Shown: one piece after another, positions 55,480 to 57,793 of the stretch
Position numbering within the stretch: position 1 is the first letter of the stretch
Layout of the letters: the number at the start of each line of letters is the position of its first letter
Assembly: GCA_934130215.1 (NCBI GenBank)
Contig: CAKOXR010000001.1
Coordinates: 1-57,793, forward strand
Direction: 5' to 3'
DNA: 57,793 nt
DNA from: an uncultured Bacilli bacterium
GTDB lineage: Bacteria; Bacillota_I; Bacilli_A; RF39; UBA660
Notes under the pieces: generated by a model
Database searches by the model: none
What the model saw: the letters and a program-made list of their open reading frames with translations, nothing else
What the model was told of the DNA's origin: nothing
Translations under genes and position numbers: made by a program

Positions 55480-56198
55480 TCTTTTTTTATATATTTAATA
55501 TATGAATATGTACTATTTTTACTTAAATTAACCATACTATTATATACTTTGTCATGTAAATTTTTCATTTTTTGTTTTTTTGTTTCTAAATTATCAGGAT
55601 AAAATGGTCCATCAAAGTATATTGTTATTTTAGGTTTTTTTGAGTATTTTCTTTTTTGGTAAGTTGTAATCATTGTATAAACTGGTTTATTATTTGTTAT
55701 AGGGAAATCAAATGATGTAATTGGAAAATCTCTTATAAATGTATTATAAGGCCATACATGTGCTTCTGGATATATTATTATAGGATTTTTATTTGAGTAA
55801 TAATTTACTGCTTTTATAAAATTTTTCATTTGATGTATATTATCTGGAATAGGTAATGCACCTAAGTATGGTAATAGTTTTCCTATACCTTTTATTCCTA
55901 GGTTTGATTTAGATACTATAACTTTTGGTTTTTTAGGAAATAATGCTATATATGGTATAAAAGCATCTCCTATTGGTTGAGTATGGTTAGCATATATATA
56001 AAAGTTTTTTTCTTTTATTTTTTTATTTTTTATTTTTACTTTTAGTATTAATTTTGTATAAATAAATCCAAATATTAGAAATGGTATATATAATATTATT
56101 GGGACATGGTGAATCCATTTATAATTTTGTTTTAAGTTATAGTTTTGATTATTTGATTCTACAAAATCATCATTATAACTTTTATAATATTTTATCAT
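55476..56198 (-). CDS. Membrane-anchored LPLAT-family acyltransferase
   Basis: N-terminal TM, ANHTQPIGD and IYPEAHVW blocks. Convergent with, and overlapping by 4 nt, the preceding acyltransferase gene. Confidence 0.6.
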   Translation of the reverse strand: MIKYYKSYNDDFVESNNQNYNLKQNYKWIHHVPIILYIPFLIFGFIYTKLILKVKIKNKKIKEKNFYIYANHTQPIGDAFIPYIALFPKKPKVIVSKSNLGIKGIGKLLPYLGALPIPDNIHQMKNFIKAVNYYSNKNPIIIYPEAHVWPYNTFIRDFPITSFDFPITNNKPVYTMITTYQKRKYSKKPKITIYFDGPFYPDNLETKKQKMKNLHDKVYNSMVNLSKNSTYSYIKYIKKD

Positions 56199-56279
56199 TT
56201 TTACACCTCTTAAATATTATATCATATAAATATATATACTTTTTATAATATTTTTGTTAAAATTGTAGTGGTGGTAAAT

Positions 56280-56984
56280 GTGCAGAGATATTTTGTTAAA
56301 AATGTAAATAATAATATTATTTTTGAAGATGGTGATATACATCATATTAAGAATGTAATGAGAATGAAGGTTAATGATTTAATTGAAGTTGTTTATGATA
56401 AAAAGATTTATAGAGCTGTTATTGTTAATACTTCTCCTTTAGAGGTTACTGTTATAAATAGTTTGGATAATGATCATTATGATAAACCTTATGTTACTAT
56501 TATTATTCCTTTGTTGGTTGAACAAAAAATGGATTTTATTTTTCAAAAGTGTACTGAATTAGGGGTTGATGAGTTTTATATTTATGATTCTATGAGGAGT
56601 AAGATAAAACTTGATAGTGAAAAGTTTGTTAAAAAGGTAAATAGATGGTCAAAAATATGTAAAGAATCAAGTGAACAATGTCATAGGGTTGATATTCCTA
56701 AGATAAGTGGAATTTATAAATTAAAGGATTTAAAGGATTGTTCTGGTGTTAATATTATTTGTTCTACAAAAAAGGTGCAAAATTTTAAAAATGTTTTGAA
56801 AAATAATTTAAAATGTGATAAAATTAATATAGTAGTTGGTCCTGAGGGTGGATTTGATGATAGAGAAGAAGAAACACTTGTTTCTTTTAACTATTTAAAA
56901 GCAAGTTTAGGGCCTAATGTTTTAAGGTGTGAAACTGCACCTTTATGTGTACTTAGTTTTATTAATTATGAATTTATGGAGTGA
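56280..56984 (+). CDS. rsmE: 16S rRNA (uracil1498-N3)-methyltransferase
   Basis: A GTG start at 56280 gives the canonical MQRYFV N-terminus (the ORF track starts at 56268). Also VGPEGGF and LGPNVLRCETAP. Confidence 0.85.
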   Translation: MQRYFVKNVNNNIIFEDGDIHHIKNVMRMKVNDLIEVVYDKKIYRAVIVNTSPLEVTVINSLDNDHYDKPYVTIIIPLLVEQKMDFIFQKCTELGVDEFYIYDSMRSKIKLDSEKFVKKVNRWSKICKESSEQCHRVDIPKISGIYKLKDLKDCSGVNIICSTKKVQNFKNVLKNNLKCDKINIVVGPEGGFDDREEETLVSFNYLKASLGPNVLRCETAPLCVLSFINYEFME

Positions 56985-56988
56985 ATGT

Positions 56989-57594
56989 ATGGAAAAAATT
57001 TTGATTGTTTTAGTTGTTTTATTAGTGCTTGCTTTATTAGTGCTTATTTTTGTTGTTAAACCTAAAAAGAAAAGGGGTATGGATAAGTCTTTTGTTAAAG
57101 AGAGTCCTGTTATAGATAAGCCTATTATTAAAGATGAACCTGTTATAGATAAGCCTATTATTAAAGAGGAACCTGTTATAGATTTAAGTGAATCTATTAT
57201 TGAAAGTGTTTCTGATGATGATTATAAAGAAAAGACTGAGGTTATTGAGATAATTGAATCAATGCAAGAAAAGGCAAAGGATTTAACTGAAAAGGTTGCG
57301 GATTATGAAGATGAACAAGAGGAGAATGCTATTATTAGTTATACAGAGTTATTAAATGCTGTTAAAGCTAAAAAGAGTGTTCAAGAAGAACTTAAGTTTG
57401 AGGAATATAGTGATCCTGCTCAAGTTAGTAAACCTTATAATGATGAAAAAAAGTTTCATTCTTCAGAAGCTATTTCTCCTCTTGGTAGGATTAATGGTGC
57501 TTCTGATGATAGTTATAGAAGTAATAGAAAGCCAGATAATATGGAAAATGGTGAGTTTTTAAAGTCTTTAAAGGATTTTAGAGAAAATTTATAG
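56989..57594 (+). CDS. Membrane-anchored acidic protein with a PVIDKPIIK tandem repeat
   Basis: GGAGTG RBS then ATG at 56989. One N-terminal TM, a KKKR stop-transfer sequence, then an E/D-rich tail. Confidence 0.6.
   Translation: MEKILIVLVVLLVLALLVLIFVVKPKKKRGMDKSFVKESPVIDKPIIKDEPVIDKPIIKEEPVIDLSESIIESVSDDDYKEKTEVIEIIESMQEKAKDLTEKVADYEDEQEENAIISYTELLNAVKAKKSVQEELKFEEYSDPAQVSKPYNDEKKFHSSEAISPLGRINGASDDSYRSNRKPDNMENGEFLKSLKDFRENL
57106..57183 (+). repeat. 33-nt tandem repeat, about 2.4 copies, in frame
   Basis: CCTGTTATAGATAAGCCTATTATTAAAGA[T/G]GAA occurs twice, followed by a 12-nt partial copy. Confidence 0.9.
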
Positions 57595-57636
57595 TTTGAT
57601 ATTATTAAATAAATTTAAAACTCACTTTAATTGTGG

Positions 57637-57670
57637 GATTAGCTGTATTAGAATAACTAATCTTCTTTTT
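57637..57670 (+). terminator. Weak hairpin plus T-tract
   Basis: GATTAG (57637-57642) pairs with CTAATC (57657-57662), followed by TTCTTTTT. The loop is long. Confidence 0.3.
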
Positions 57671-57699
57671 AGTATTTAAATAAGCGGAGGTTTAAACAT

Positions 57700-57793
57700 A
57701 TGAAATTGAGTAAAAAAATATTTATTGGTGTATTATCTATTATTTGTATGATTACTATATTAATTGGTAGTATAGCTTATTATAGGGTTATTG
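57700..57793 (+). CDS. 5' end of a membrane or secreted protein gene, truncated by the window edge
   Basis: GGAGG RBS then ATG at 57700. The translation MKLSKKIFIGVLSIICMITILIGSIAYYRVI runs off the window. Confidence 0.5.
   Translation, partial: MKLSKKIFIGVLSIICMITILIGSIAYYRVI

Noticed and set aside
1-57793. Possible alternative genetic code (TGA as Trp), given the Mollicutes-like AT richness and DUF285 repeats
   Set aside because: TGA clearly works as a stop in conserved genes and in ATGA stop/start overlaps (for example 2628-2631, 5962-5965, 10724-10727, 39725-39728). Conserved proteins are full length under code 11.
1-57793. CRISPR arrays, rRNA/tRNA genes, transposases, integrases and phage genes
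   Set aside because: I found no regularly spaced direct repeats with unique spacers, no tRNA-like or rRNA-like segments in the intergenic gaps, and no ORF with recombinase or transposase motifs. The only repeats are those listed: the 35-nt direct repeat, the coding tandem repeats and the pilin-like paralogues.

Overview
Very AT-rich (about three quarters A+T by eye) chromosomal segment from a low-GC Gram-positive bacterium (Bacillota, Erysipelotrichia/Clostridia-like). It uses the standard bacterial code: TGA works as a stop in several ATGA stop/start overlaps. About 57 tightly packed CDS. I saw no rRNA, tRNA, CRISPR array, transposase or integrase. The backbone is housekeeping. Cell-wall and division genes are scattered in three blocks: mraY plus a SEDS gene; murF; murC; and a second SEDS gene with murG, murB and divIB. 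Other backbone genes include a SpoVD-like PBP remnant, an M23 peptidase, a polysaccharide deacetylase, rseP, yvcK, rsmE, a TtcA-like gene, a cysteine desulfurase, sigK, and proS and gltX, each behind a clear T-box leader. Accessory content that deserves attention: (1) Two tandem ~680-aa proteins with textbook prepilin (class III) signal peptides, Ig-like modules and an unrecognised cysteine-dense C-terminal module, with no pilus machinery in the window. (2) A TasA/SipW-like operon whose archaeal-type signal peptidase is fused to a large polytopic membrane domain; matching SipW-type signal peptides occur on dispersed surface proteins, including a DUF285/BspA-like LRR protein. (3) A small acidic protein plus a HipA-like kinase, bracketed by perfect 35-nt direct repeats that duplicate the murC promoter. 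(4) An orphan amidoligase between the two T-box aaRS genes. (5) An extracytoplasmic thioredoxin/DsbD-like trio. (6) A degenerate ClpX-like ATPase. (7) An unknown protein translationally coupled to a radical SAM/SPASM enzyme. (8) An operon of acyl-AMP ligase, ACP, PPTase, two GT8 glycosyltransferases and acyltransferases. All family calls rest on motifs read by eye; no searches were run.
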